Under the pieces are notes generated by a model, which did no database searches, had not been told where the DNA came from, and saw only the letters and a list, made by a program, of their open reading frames with translations. A stretch of 62,839 nucleotides of DNA, counting the filler. It is 7 parts of 7 records of this genome, joined end to end, with 100 filler letters (N's around TTAATTAATTAA, not from the genome) between each part and the next. Parts side by side here need not be neighbours in the genome. Positions count along the whole stretch, not along the records: positions 51,425 to 57,738 come from SRR31156797_29991; positions 57,839 to 62,839 come from SRR31156797_30061; 5 more parts are not named here. The stretch is one strand, 5' to 3'. Shown piece after piece: positions 52,941-62,748 of this stretch. A program made the translations under genes and the position numbers. The first letter of the stretch is position 1. Every line of letters begins with the position of its first letter.

Positions 52941-54065
52941 GTGTCCGGTGAGTGCATCCTGTGCGGTAAATGTCTTGAAGTCTGTCCGCTTCTTCGGGCA
53001 ACGGGACGAGAAGAACTCAGTCCTCGTGCCAAGGCAGATTTATGCCGCATTCTTTCTGAAGACCCGAACCTGTTGTCTGAAACCGATGTTGCCAAGCTCG
53101 CAGGGTTCTGTCTCGGTTGCGGACGATGCCGGGAAGTTTGTTCGCAGGGAGTGGACGTCCCCGCGCTGGTGGCTGGATTGCGCGGTGCTCACCCGGATTT
53201 CAAGGCGTGGCTGTGGAAGACGTGGTTGATGCAGGCGAAACATTTATGGTCACCCGGTTCTGTGGCGGCCAAACTCGTTCCAGAACAGCTTGTTCCGGAA
53301 AAGCTCGGCCCCATGCTCAAAATGCTGGCTGGTCTCAAGGGTGGGCCGGGATTGGAGCCGTGTCTGGAGGTGGCAAAGCACCCCGATACCCACCGAGGTA
53401 AGAAAATGCTCCTGTTCGCAGGCTGCACCGCCAACTTTGTGCAAACCCGCTGGCTTTCGGCTGCGTGCAAACTGTTGAACGGGTTGGGGGTGGAGGTTTT
53501 GCCCGATGATTTCAAATGCTGTGGTTCAGGCTTGAAAGCCGCCGGGTTCCCAGATGAGTCTTCTTCCATGGCCGCCCACAATGTGCAGGTCTGGCGTGAT
53601 GCCGGACACCCCTCGATTGTGACATTCTGCGCCTCATGCCACGCTGGCCTGCAAGCATATGAAGGGTGCTTTGAGAGCTTGAAAGAACAGAAAATGTGGC
53701 AAAATATGCTTTTGCCTCTATCGAATGTTTTACTTGATACTCCCTTCGTGTTATCGCACAACGTGCCGAAAACGTTGGCGTATCATCAACCGTGTCATAC
53801 ACGAGGTGATGATTCGGATCATGTGTTGCTCAATGGTGTCTTCAAAGACCGAATGGTCGGGGTAACAACCAAGCAATGCTGCGGTTTCGGCGGGGTCATG
53901 CGTTTGGCAGCACCCGGTCTCACCGACCCGGTCAACCAGCAATGCTGGGAAGCGCTCGCAGGAGCGGATGTCGTCATTACAGGCTGTTCAGCCTGCGTGA
54001 CCCAACTGGCAGCAACAGCCCCTGACGGCGTCAAAGTGGGGCACTGGTTGGAACTCATCAAGTAG
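52941..54065 (+). CDS. Fe-S/CCG-domain oxidoreductase subunit (GlcF-like)
   Basis: Two CxxCxxCxxxC ferredoxin motifs and two CCG motifs; GTG start. Confidence 0.88.
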   Translation: MSGECILCGKCLEVCPLLRATGREELSPRAKADLCRILSEDPNLLSETDVAKLAGFCLGCGRCREVCSQGVDVPALVAGLRGAHPDFKAWLWKTWLMQAKHLWSPGSVAAKLVPEQLVPEKLGPMLKMLAGLKGGPGLEPCLEVAKHPDTHRGKKMLLFAGCTANFVQTRWLSAACKLLNGLGVEVLPDDFKCCGSGLKAAGFPDESSSMAAHNVQVWRDAGHPSIVTFCASCHAGLQAYEGCFESLKEQKMWQNMLLPLSNVLLDTPFVLSHNVPKTLAYHQPCHTRGDDSDHVLLNGVFKDRMVGVTTKQCCGFGGVMRLAAPGLTDPVNQQCWEALAGADVVITGCSACVTQLAATAPDGVKVGHWLELIK

Positions 54066-54077
54066 CGCGAGGAAGAC

Positions 54078-54914
54078 ATGGAAAAGGTTTCAATGTGGGC
54101 GGTGGCGAAAAAGGCGAATCTTCTCATTGGAGCCAGACGCGGGAGTATCCTCAAATATCTTGCGGTTTCATTTGTTCTGGGACTCGTGCAGTTGTTCGAT
54201 TTGTCTCCTGACGACCCTGCGGAAATAGAATTTTCCTTTACCTGGCTTGTTGCCGTCATTGTTTATCTGACGGCGAGTACTGCTCTGGGGCTCTCCTTTC
54301 TTCATTTCGTCGTTGGTTCTTGCCGGAACCGTACGTCTTTTTATCCGGCCAAATGGGGAGCGGTAACATTGAAATATATTTTCGCTTCCATTGCCGTGAG
54401 TGCAATCAGTGCCGTTTGCGCGGTGATCAGTTCCTTACCTTTGTTTGTCATTGTTTTATCTGGGGTATTGGATAACCCTGATACTGCGACGTTCGGGCTT
54501 ATTCTTGTGGTTCCAGCTGTTATACTGTTCTTTCTTGGCGGCTTGATCCCCATGGTCCGATTCTCTCTTATTTGGCCTGCTATCGCAATCGGAGATGAGT
54601 ACAACTATATCCGATCATGGCGTATGACCAAGGGGCATACGATCAGGCTCTTTTCTTTTTCAGCACTCATGGTGGTCTTGCTTCTACTGCCGAGCTTTTG
54701 TCTTGGATTCTTTCTGGATGGGACGAATTTGATCGTACAAATGGTGGGAATCGTGGTTGCGGTCTTTTGGTGGATTTGGGCGTACACCTTTTTCGGAGTA
54801 CTCTATGAGGATTTGAATAATCGGTACACGGCTATGACCAATTCATCGAATACCGTTCGTGCCGAAAAGGACGAAATTTCGTTTAGTCCCGAGGCTGACG
54901 TCCGTGCTAAGTAG
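54078..54914 (+). CDS. Hypothetical polytopic membrane protein
   Basis: About six TM helices; RFSLIWPAIA...SWRMTKGH motif; SD GAGG. Confidence 0.75.
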   Translation: MEKVSMWAVAKKANLLIGARRGSILKYLAVSFVLGLVQLFDLSPDDPAEIEFSFTWLVAVIVYLTASTALGLSFLHFVVGSCRNRTSFYPAKWGAVTLKYIFASIAVSAISAVCAVISSLPLFVIVLSGVLDNPDTATFGLILVVPAVILFFLGGLIPMVRFSLIWPAIAIGDEYNYIRSWRMTKGHTIRLFSFSALMVVLLLLPSFCLGFFLDGTNLIVQMVGIVVAVFWWIWAYTFFGVLYEDLNNRYTAMTNSSNTVRAEKDEISFSPEADVRAK

Positions 54915-54951
54915 CCGGTTCGTAGATCGGGCTGAATTTGCATGGGGCCAG

Positions 54952-55689
54952 ATGTGCCGGGAAAACGGGAGTGTGTTTGCACAGGCCTTCCGACTGGTGC
55001 TGGCCGCTCCGGGGCGGTATGGTCTTTTTGCTTTGTTCATTTTTTTTATTCGTAAGAGTTCGCGATTGTTTTCGATTGAAAATATGACTGGAGCTATTCT
55101 GCATGTGACATGGTGGGCATATTCCATCGCAGTGCAATTGGTGACGCTGGGTGTTATGTTGAGTGTTATACTCATGGCAATCAGCCGGATGCGCGGCGGG
55201 GAAATGGCCGTCGGAAAGGATATTACTGTGCGTATGGGGCGCGCGTTTCCTTATACATTTTGTCTCATATTCATGTTCGATCAGATTTACGGGGTACTCG
55301 CTTGGGGTTTTGTTTTATTGGGAGATATGGTGCTTGGTCCCGAGTGGAGCCATTTTCCGTTTTCCGTGTCCTGTTTTCTCGGAGCTTTGCCGTTCCTGTT
55401 TCTTTTGAGTCGTTTTGGATTCACTATTGTAGGTCCGGCTGTTGAGGAGCAAGTCTCTTTTAAGGCTTCATGGCAACTTTCCAGCCCAGTGGCCGGGGCG
55501 TTGTTTTTGACCACGCTTTTTTGGTGGGGAGCCAAGAAATTTCCCGCGGAATTCTTGGTGTACTTTCCGTATCCTCACCTGACGAAATTCTATTTCGACT
55601 GGTTACATATGCCGATTCAGGCCTGTGTGACCGTCTTTTTCGGCATCGTCTCCGCTGTCTGGTATGAACGGTTGCGGCTTGCCGACTGA
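54952..55689 (+). CDS. Hypothetical polytopic membrane protein, paralog-like of upstream gene
   Basis: Hydrophobic ORF with RFGFTIVGPAV...SWQLS and WYERL; start uncertain (ATG 54952 chosen). Confidence 0.6.
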   Translation: MCRENGSVFAQAFRLVLAAPGRYGLFALFIFFIRKSSRLFSIENMTGAILHVTWWAYSIAVQLVTLGVMLSVILMAISRMRGGEMAVGKDITVRMGRAFPYTFCLIFMFDQIYGVLAWGFVLLGDMVLGPEWSHFPFSVSCFLGALPFLFLLSRFGFTIVGPAVEEQVSFKASWQLSSPVAGALFLTTLFWWGAKKFPAEFLVYFPYPHLTKFYFDWLHMPIQACVTVFFGIVSAVWYERLRLAD

Positions 55690-55775
55690 CGCTCCGCCCA
55701 CTCCCTTCCGTTGGTCTTCCCTTTATGCTATTGCATTTCCGCCGGGAAAAACCGCGATTTCACACGTCTGTCGCG

Positions 55776-55803
55776 TTGACAAAGCGGATTCCGATTATAT
55801 CAT
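55776..55803 (+). promoter_or_regulatory. Probable secA promoter
   Basis: TTGACA, 16-nt spacer, TATCAT; AGGAG SD before ATG 55878. Confidence 0.55.
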
Positions 55804-55877
55804 GCTTCACAGTGCCACGGTGTGAATTTGCCGTGTGCCTTTCCAAGATCGCATAAGACTCCCAGGAGACCGTATAT

Positions 55878-57738
55878 ATGCTGAAATTCCTTTTCGGTTC
55901 CAAAAACGACCGATACCTGAAGAAGATCAAGCCCCTTGTCGAGCAGGTGAATGCTTTTGAGCCGGAAATGCAGGCGTTGTCTGATGCCGACATTCAGGCC
56001 AAGATTGCCATGTGGAAAGGACAGGTTGCAGCCGGGGAGAAGACCCTGGATGAGCTGATGCCAGAGTGCTTTGCTCTGGTTCGTGAAGCGGGGCAGCGGG
56101 TATTTGATCCACCCATGCGCCACTACGATGTGCAGCTTATTGGTGGATATGTCCTCCATCAGGGCAAGATTGCGGAAATGAAGACCGGTGAAGGTAAGAC
56201 GCTTGTCGCAACCTTGGCCGTTGTGCTTAATGCACTGTCCGGCAAAGGCGTGCACGTTGTCACGGTCAATGACTATCTCGCTTCCCGTGATGCCGAGTGG
56301 ATGGGCCAATTGTACAACTTCCTCGGTTTGACCGTGGGCGTTATTGTGCACGGCCTGAACGATCAGGAGCGTCAGGAAGCCTACAACGCTGATATTACCT
56401 ACGGCACGAACAACGAGTTCGGTTTCGACTATCTGCGTGACAATATGAAATTTTACAAGGAGCAGCTGGTTCAACGGCCGCTCAATTTTGCCATCGTGGA
56501 TGAAGTTGACTCCATTCTTATCGATGAAGCGAGAACGCCGCTTATTATTTCCGGTCCCGGTGAGAAATCTTCTGGTTTATACCGGCGTATCGACACCATC
56601 ATTCCTAATTTGATCAAGTCTTCGCCCACTGATCCTGAAGACAAAGACGCTATTCCTGATGGTGATTTTGTGCTGGACGAGAAAACCAAGTCCATCACCA
56701 TGACTGATGCTGGCGTGGAGAAAGTCGAAGGGCTGCTCGACGTGGACAACCTGTTTGATCCGCAACACATCGCACTTCAGCACCATGTGCTTCAAGCACT
56801 CAAGGCGCATCATTGTTTCCAGAATGACGTCGAGTATATCGTCAAGGACAATCAGGTTGTGTTGGTCGATGAATTTACGGGCCGTCTCATGCCGGGCCGT
56901 CGTTTGTCAGATGGTCTGCATCAGGCCATTGAAGCCAAGGAAAACGTCAAGGTCGAGGCCGAGAACCAGACGTTGGCGTCCATCACTTTCCAGAACTATT
57001 TCCGCATGTATGACAAGCTGGCCGGTATGACCGGTACGGCTGACACTGAAGCCGTTGAGTTCGGGCAGATTTATAATCTTGAAGTCATCGTTATCCCGAC
57101 GCATCAGAAGATGGTTCGTATCGATAATCCGGATTCCATCTACAAGACACAGGAACAGAAATATCAGGCTATCGCCGAGGATATCGAGGATTGTTACCGC
57201 CGCGGTCAGCCCGCGTTAGTCGGCACCGTGTCCATCGAGAAATCCGAATTGCTGTCTCGTCTGCTCAAGAAGCTCAAGGTTCCGCATAGCGTGCTCAACG
57301 CAAAGCAGCATGAAAAGGAAGCCGAGATCGTGCTTGAAGCTGGGCATAAGAAAAAGGTCACCATCGCCACCAACATGGCTGGTCGTGGTACCGACATCAA
57401 GCTCGGCGAGGGCGTGCGTGAACTCGGAGGTTTGCACATCATCGGCACCGAACGGCACGAATCCCGCCGTATTGATAACCAGTTGCGAGGCCGTTCCGGT
57501 CGTCAGGGAGATCCGGGTTCCTCTCGTTTCTATCTGGCGTTGGATGATGATCTCATGCGACTGTTTGGCTCCGACCGCTTGCAGGGCATCATGGAGAAGC
57601 TTGGCCTTGAAGACGGCATGGCCATCGAGAACAAGATGGTCTCAAATGCCATTGAAAAATCTCAGACACGCGTGGAAGGGCATCACTACGAAATTCGTAA
57701 ACAGCTTTTGGAATATGACGATGTCATGAACCAGCAGC
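55878..57738 (+). CDS. secA: Preprotein translocase ATPase SecA, partial
   Basis: [58 protein letters not shown]. Confidence 0.98.
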
Positions 57739-57838
57739 NNNNNNNNNNNNNNNNNNNNNNNNNNNNNNNNNNNNNNNNNNNNTTAATTAATTAANNNNNN
57801 NNNNNNNNNNNNNNNNNNNNNNNNNNNNNNNNNNNNNN
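57739..57838. other. Artificial contig spacer
   Basis: N-run with TTAATTAATTAA. Confidence 0.98.
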
Positions 57839-58159
57839 AAGGGCGCGTTTGCGCTTTGGCAAGAATGGGCTGACATGGTTTTGTTTTGCAACTATAGAAC
57901 CCGCATACATAGGACGGATGTCGGTTTTAACAAGGAAGTCAAGCGGGGAGAGGGCAGCGGCGAACGCGTGATTTATACGGAAGAAAGGCCGGCGTTTTTG
58001 GCTAAAAATCGTTGGGGTTTGCCTCCTGAAATATACATCGGGCAAGACAAGACGTGGGCGGCTTTTCATCAGGAATTGAATAAGGCGACAACAGGACGGT
58101 ACCCGATGCCGGGCCGGATTGCGGAGCAAAAGCCGGAACCGGCGGAATTGGCGCAATAA
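57839..58159 (+). CDS. Phage AAA_24 / Sak4-like ATPase, C-terminal fragment
   Basis: KGAFALWQEWADMVLFCNY...GERVIYTEERPAFLAKNRWGLP. Confidence 0.75.
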   Translation, partial: KGAFALWQEWADMVLFCNYRTRIHRTDVGFNKEVKRGEGSGERVIYTEERPAFLAKNRWGLPPEIYIGQDKTWAAFHQELNKATTGRYPMPGRIAEQKPEPAELAQ

Positions 58160-58208
58160 TTTTTTTTGATTACAAACTTCCCAAATAGGAACCAATGAGG
58201 AAAACAGA

Positions 58209-58892
58209 ATGGCAATTAATTTAGGCGATGCCGACAAACAGAAAGAAATCGCGAACGGGCCAATACCTAAAAAATCAATGGTAAAGGTCAAGATAGAAAT
58301 CAGGCAACCCAAAAACCCGGACCCACAAGACCCTGCTGTTACGGTTTTTAAATCCGGGCTAAAGGGTTTGGACTGCGAACTTACGGTTATATCAGGCCAG
58401 TTTGAAGGTGTGCGGATATGGGAAAACTGGTTTTTACCGCCCCAAATGCAAAATATCAACATGTCTAAAGGGCAGGTTGGCGCCTGCAATGGCGGTTTTG
58501 CAAAGTGTAGGGCGGCGATAGAAGCGGCAAGGCGTATTGACCCGGATGACGCGACGGCGAACCGAAACATTGAAGCCTGGTTTGACCTTCACGGGCTGGA
58601 AATTCCGGTCAAAGTAGGAATCGATAAGCCGGAGCCTGGCGACCGCTATATCAATAACAATGTTGCCAAAATATTAAGCGTTAAAGACGCCGAATTTGAA
58701 ACCGTCCAGAACGGCGGCGAAATCGTGACCGACGAACCAATACCGGAGATCCCGGAGAGTAAAAGCGGAAACGGCGGTAACGGGGCCAATACGGGATGGG
58801 GCCAGAACGGCGGGGCTGATACCGGCGCGAATAATACTGAAAAACAAATGAATGTACCGGCCTGGGCGCAAGGGCAAGGATCGGGAAAATAA
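58209..58892 (+). CDS. Phage ssDNA-binding-like protein (DUF669-like)
   Basis: Position after the AAA ATPase; LDCELTVISGQFEGVRIW core; Gly/Asn-rich tail ending VPAWAQ. Confidence 0.6.
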   Translation: MAINLGDADKQKEIANGPIPKKSMVKVKIEIRQPKNPDPQDPAVTVFKSGLKGLDCELTVISGQFEGVRIWENWFLPPQMQNINMSKGQVGACNGGFAKCRAAIEAARRIDPDDATANRNIEAWFDLHGLEIPVKVGIDKPEPGDRYINNNVAKILSVKDAEFETVQNGGEIVTDEPIPEIPESKSGNGGNGANTGWGQNGGADTGANNTEKQMNVPAWAQGQGSGK

Positions 58893-58898
58893 AGAATC

Positions 58899-58929
58899 AC
58901 GGGCCTGTTTTGGTGCAGGCCCGTTTTTT
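58899..58929 (+). terminator. Rho-independent terminator
   Basis: ACGGGCCTG-TTTTGGTG-CAGGCCCGT with T-tract. Confidence 0.8.
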
Positions 58930-58942
58930 ATAGGGGGTCAAA

Positions 58943-59176
58943 ATGATTGAATTGCAGGCGTACCGGCGTATGTGGGCGGGCGTAATTATACAGGCCCGTA
59001 AGGATTGCCGAGACAGAGGGGATGACGGCACAAGCGAATATAACAGGCATGACGCTATAAGGTGGGTTGAAAGCCATAGTAAGGAATTCGGATCTTTTGA
59101 GTTTTGCTGCACACTTCTTAACTTGCCGGCAAGCCGAATACGGGAAAAATTCAGGCGGGACGGGTTGTTAGCATGA
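58943..59176 (+). CDS. Phage hypothetical protein
   Basis: SD AGGGGG; ATGA overlap with the helicase gene. Confidence 0.7.
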   Translation: MIELQAYRRMWAGVIIQARKDCRDRGDDGTSEYNRHDAIRWVESHSKEFGSFEFCCTLLNLPASRIREKFRRDGLLA

Positions 59177-60834
59177 TACTACGTCCACGTCAAAAAACGT
59201 TTGTAAAAAACTGCAATGACGCCCTTAACAAGCACGGGAACACGCTTGGGGTAGCAAATACCGGGTTTGGTAAAACGGTTGCGTTATCAGCGGTAGTCGG
59301 TGAGCAAGTCAACGGCATGGGCAGAGCCTTGATAATGGCCCACAGGGACGAATTGACCCGGCAAAATGCGGAGACTTTCATAAAGGTTTGCCCGGATCAA
59401 TCTATCTCGTTTTACAACGCGAATAAAAAGTCCTGGCGGGGTAGAGTGACTTTCGGCATGGTCCAGACCCTTGCACGTGATGAACATTTGGCGAGAATGC
59501 CGAAAGTCGATTTGCTGGTATACGATGAGGCGCACCACAGTGCATCGGCAAGCTATAAAAGGCTGACTAACCGGGCAAGAGAATTAAACCCTGACGTTCG
59601 AATACTTGGAGTCACGGCAACGCCTGAAAGGTCGGACGGCAAGGGCCTGGCTGAAACGTTCGATAATATAGCCGATATAGTTACCATTGGTGAAATGGTC
59701 AGGGCTGGACACCTTGTCCCGCCAAGGGCAATGGTCGTCGACATCGGAACTCAAAGCGATTTAAAGCGGGTTAAGAAAACTGCCAGCGACTACGATCAAT
59801 CCGAAGTCGAAGCCATCCAGAACACAACAATAAATAACAATCTGATTATAGAGCATTGGCGCGAAAAGGCAGAGGATAGGCCGACAGTCGCGTTTTGTTC
59901 GACCATTAATCACGCCTTGGCTGTCCGTGACGCCTTTCGATCAATGAATGTGGAAGCTGAAGCAGTCCACGGCGAACTACCTATGAAAGAACGCCGCGCG
60001 ATACTGGCGGCTTATGACCGGGGCGATATCCCGGTTTTATGTAATCCCATGATTTTGACTGAAGGATGGGATTGCCAAATTTGCGCTTGTGTGATGCTGC
60101 TTCGGATATCTTCTCACAAATCAACAATGATACAGATGGTCGGGCGTGGTTTGCGAAAACTGGACCCGCGCCGTTATCCGGGCCGGATTAAAAAAGACTG
60201 TTTGGTTTTGGATTTTGGAATTTCTCTTTTAACTCATGGCGATCTAAACGCAGAAGTCAGGTTAAAACATAATGTCTATAACGGAGACACAATAACAAGA
60301 AAGAAGGTATGCCCTGAGTGCGGCGCGGAATTGCCGTTGAATATTCAAGAATGCCTGTTATGCGGATACCTGTTTAAGGTTGAAGTAGATGAAGACGGCT
60401 TTTTCGATGAACTGGAAGAACTGCGATTAATCGAAATCGACCTTATCAATAAAAGCCCTTTCCGATGGGTGTCTTTGTTTCCTTCCGATCAAGTTCTTGT
60501 CACAACCGGCTTTGAATCCTGGGCGGCGGTTTGTTCGGCTAATGGTGAGGATTGGTTCAGTTTAGGCGGCAAAGGCCGGGAAATTGAAATGTTGGGCGTG
60601 TCTAACCGTGTAGGGGCGATAGGGACTGCCGATGACTTCATGCGGATAAATGAAAAATCTTCAAGCGCAAAAAAAGCGGCGTTATGGATGAGTGAACCGG
60701 CGTCCGTAAAGCAAAAAAATTTGTTAAGGCGATTCGGATATAACGGGCAGGATTTTACTAAAATCGAAGCAGCCGCACATGCAACCTTTTGTTTTAATCG
60801 CCGGGGAATTGAAAGGGCGATAGGGGTCGAATGA
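59173..60834 (+). CDS. SF2 DEAD/DEAH-box helicase with C-terminal zinc ribbon
   Basis: TGFGKT, DEAHH, TATPER, LTEGWD, QMVGRGLR, CPEC...CLLC. Confidence 0.92.
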   Translation: MILRPRQKTFVKNCNDALNKHGNTLGVANTGFGKTVALSAVVGEQVNGMGRALIMAHRDELTRQNAETFIKVCPDQSISFYNANKKSWRGRVTFGMVQTLARDEHLARMPKVDLLVYDEAHHSASASYKRLTNRARELNPDVRILGVTATPERSDGKGLAETFDNIADIVTIGEMVRAGHLVPPRAMVVDIGTQSDLKRVKKTASDYDQSEVEAIQNTTINNNLIIEHWREKAEDRPTVAFCSTINHALAVRDAFRSMNVEAEAVHGELPMKERRAILAAYDRGDIPVLCNPMILTEGWDCQICACVMLLRISSHKSTMIQMVGRGLRKLDPRRYPGRIKKDCLVLDFGISLLTHGDLNAEVRLKHNVYNGDTITRKKVCPECGAELPLNIQECLLCGYLFKVEVDEDGFFDELEELRLIEIDLINKSPFRWVSLFPSDQVLVTTGFESWAAVCSANGEDWFSLGGKGREIEMLGVSNRVGAIGTADDFMRINEKSSSAKKAALWMSEPASVKQKNLLRRFGYNGQDFTKIEAAAHATFCFNRRGIERAIGVE

Positions 60835-61097
60835 TGGGCGCCGATATCAACATAGACAAAATCACATTGTCAAAACATGCGGAGGAAAGAATAACCGAGC
60901 GTGGAATATCTATCGCAACGATACGGGCAATAATCATTCATGGAGAAACCGAAACTGATGAAAGAGGCGTTTTCATAATAACCCATTGCGGCATAACGGT
61001 TGTTTTGGATGGGAAGCTTGTTGTCACGGTTTATGACACTGCGACAGGACGTCATAGGATTCGAAAGAAGAAGCGGAAGCGGAGGTTTAGAAAATAA
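60831..61097 (+). CDS. DUF4258-like protein
   Basis: LSKHAEERITERGIS...LVVTVY pattern; polybasic C-terminal tail. Confidence 0.7.
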   Translation: MMGADINIDKITLSKHAEERITERGISIATIRAIIIHGETETDERGVFIITHCGITVVLDGKLVVTVYDTATGRHRIRKKKRKRRFRK

Positions 61098-61309
61098 TGC
61101 GGTGCGTGTTGTTGATTTGGATAATTGCGGGATTGATGACGGCGTTAGTAATGACGCGCTTTAAAATCGATGAACCGGCAAATGTTTGGAAGTGGCTTGT
61201 TTTTGTTTGGCTTGGTCCCGGGTTTTGGTTAGTGGCCGGCATTGGGATTATTGCGGAGATTCGGAGGCGGAATGATCGATTTATCATCAAAAAAAATGAT
61301 TGGCGCTAA
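61097..61309 (+). CDS. Small two-TM phage membrane protein
   Basis: TAATG coupling with the upstream gene; two hydrophobic segments. Confidence 0.55.
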   Translation: MRCVLLIWIIAGLMTALVMTRFKIDEPANVWKWLVFVWLGPGFWLVAGIGIIAEIRRRNDRFIIKKNDWR

Positions 61310-62006
61310 AATCAACAGCCTGATTGATGCGGCGTTAATAGCTGAACGTGACCAGGAACCAAAACGCGACTATTTAGGCGGATCACGGGTTGGCGTCGAA
61401 TGCGAGCGGGCTTTACAATTCGAATTTTTCAATACTGAAAAAGATGAAGGGAAAGACTTTGACGGCAGAATATTAAGGATATTTGAAAGGGGCCATTGGG
61501 TTGAAGGCGCGGTAATCCGTTGGTTGAGGTCGGCCGGGATAGAGATATTGACCGAAGATAAGGACGGTAAACAATTCGAACATGTTGAATTTAACGGCCT
61601 GGCTAAAGCCCATTGTGACGGCGTGATTGTAGGCGGGCCGCAAGACATAGGGCCATATCCGCGCTTATGGGAAAACAAAGGCATACAGGAAAAGGACTGG
61701 CGAGCGCTGTCAAAACACGGGCTTATGAAGGAAAAGCCGATTTACTACGCGCAATGTCAAGTTTATATGGATTGGTTCAGACTAACGGATAATCCGGCTT
61801 TGTTTTCGGCGGTCAATATGAATACCATGGAAATATATTGGGAAGCGGTTGAATACAACCCTGTAGCAATCAAGAAATATAATCAAAAGGCGGTTAGGGT
61901 GATTCAGTCTTGTTTAGCCGGTGAGCTATTGCCGAGACTGGCGCAAGATCCAAGTTTTTATATATGCAAGATGTGCGCATGGAGTGAAAGATGTTTCGCG
62001 CTTTAG
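61272..62006 (+). CDS. Cas4-like PD-(D/E)XK nuclease with four-Cys Fe-S cluster motif
   Basis: ECERALQ, GHWVE, HCDG...WENK, AQCQVYM, CKMCAWSERC; GGAGG SD before ATG 61272. Confidence 0.82.
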   Translation: MIDLSSKKMIGAKINSLIDAALIAERDQEPKRDYLGGSRVGVECERALQFEFFNTEKDEGKDFDGRILRIFERGHWVEGAVIRWLRSAGIEILTEDKDGKQFEHVEFNGLAKAHCDGVIVGGPQDIGPYPRLWENKGIQEKDWRALSKHGLMKEKPIYYAQCQVYMDWFRLTDNPALFSAVNMNTMEIYWEAVEYNPVAIKKYNQKAVRVIQSCLAGELLPRLAQDPSFYICKMCAWSERCFAL

Positions 62007-62017
62007 ATAGGGGGATT

Positions 62018-62197
62018 ATGCAAATCGCAGCCATAATAAAAAACGGCAAGGAAACGGGCGGTCATATAATCATTGCCGATAAGCAGGAAAGCAAAGACCT
62101 GGTTGACATTTTGACCGAATATTGCAAGCAGAATCCGAGAAAGAAAAAGGCAGGCCGGTTTCTAAAGCAATTAGAAGAAAACTTGTGTTGTTATTAA
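62018..62197 (+). CDS. Phage hypothetical protein
   Basis: SD AGGGGG before ATG 62018; fills the gap in a co-oriented gene run. Confidence 0.55.
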   Translation: MQIAAIIKNGKETGGHIIIADKQESKDLVDILTEYCKQNPRKKKAGRFLKQLEENLCCY

Positions 62198-62207
62198 GGC
62201 CGGTCTA

Positions 62208-62411
62208 ATGGAAAACAATAATACTACGAAATGCTATACAGACAAGGGCGTTTGCCCTTGCCTGACATGGCGAACGGGTAGACCGTATTGCAATTGGAAT
62301 GCGGATGGAGGTAGGACGCCTGAACCGTTGGCGAGTATGAAGCATTGCCCAAAAAATCCGGTTGAATCAAAGGTGAGGCGTCCGGCCCGAACACAGGATA
62401 GATTGTTTTAG
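62208..62411 (+). CDS. Small Cys-rich phage hypothetical protein
   Basis: 67 aa with five Cys; co-oriented; overlaps the higA stop. Confidence 0.45.
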   Translation: MENNNTTKCYTDKGVCPCLTWRTGRPYCNWNADGGRTPEPLASMKHCPKNPVESKVRRPARTQDRLF

Positions 62412-62737
62412 GCTGATGGAGCTATTTCATTCCCTGCTGCTTGCAAATCCGCGACGGTCGGGATTTCATCAAGATTGATACTTGCTTTTTGCCTTTCAAG
62501 GGCCAATTCGTAACCAGACTGAAGATTAAGCCAAAACTGTGCTGAGTTGCCAAAGAAATGACCAAATCTCAGTGCCGTATCGGCAGAGATAGCACGACTT
62601 CCCTTGATAATAGCATTGACGCGCCTGGCGTCTACCTTAATAAGCCTTGCAAACCTGTATTGAGTAAGTCCCAAAGGCTCTAAATATTCCTCCATAAGAA
62701 TTTTGCCAGGATGCGGAATGGTAAATGTTTCAGTCAT
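62408..62737 (-). CDS. higA: HigA family antitoxin
   Basis: HPGKILMEEYLEPLGLTQ...ISADTALRFGHFFGNSAQFWLNLQ. Confidence 0.93.
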   Translation of the reverse strand: MTETFTIPHPGKILMEEYLEPLGLTQYRFARLIKVDARRVNAIIKGSRAISADTALRFGHFFGNSAQFWLNLQSGYELALERQKASINLDEIPTVADLQAAGNEIAPSA

Positions 62738-62748
62738 ACTTTTTCCCC

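Noticed and set aside
61272-62006. Cas4-like gene as evidence of a CRISPR-Cas locus
   Set aside because: No cas1, cas2, effector genes or repeat-spacer array; the context is a phage replication module.
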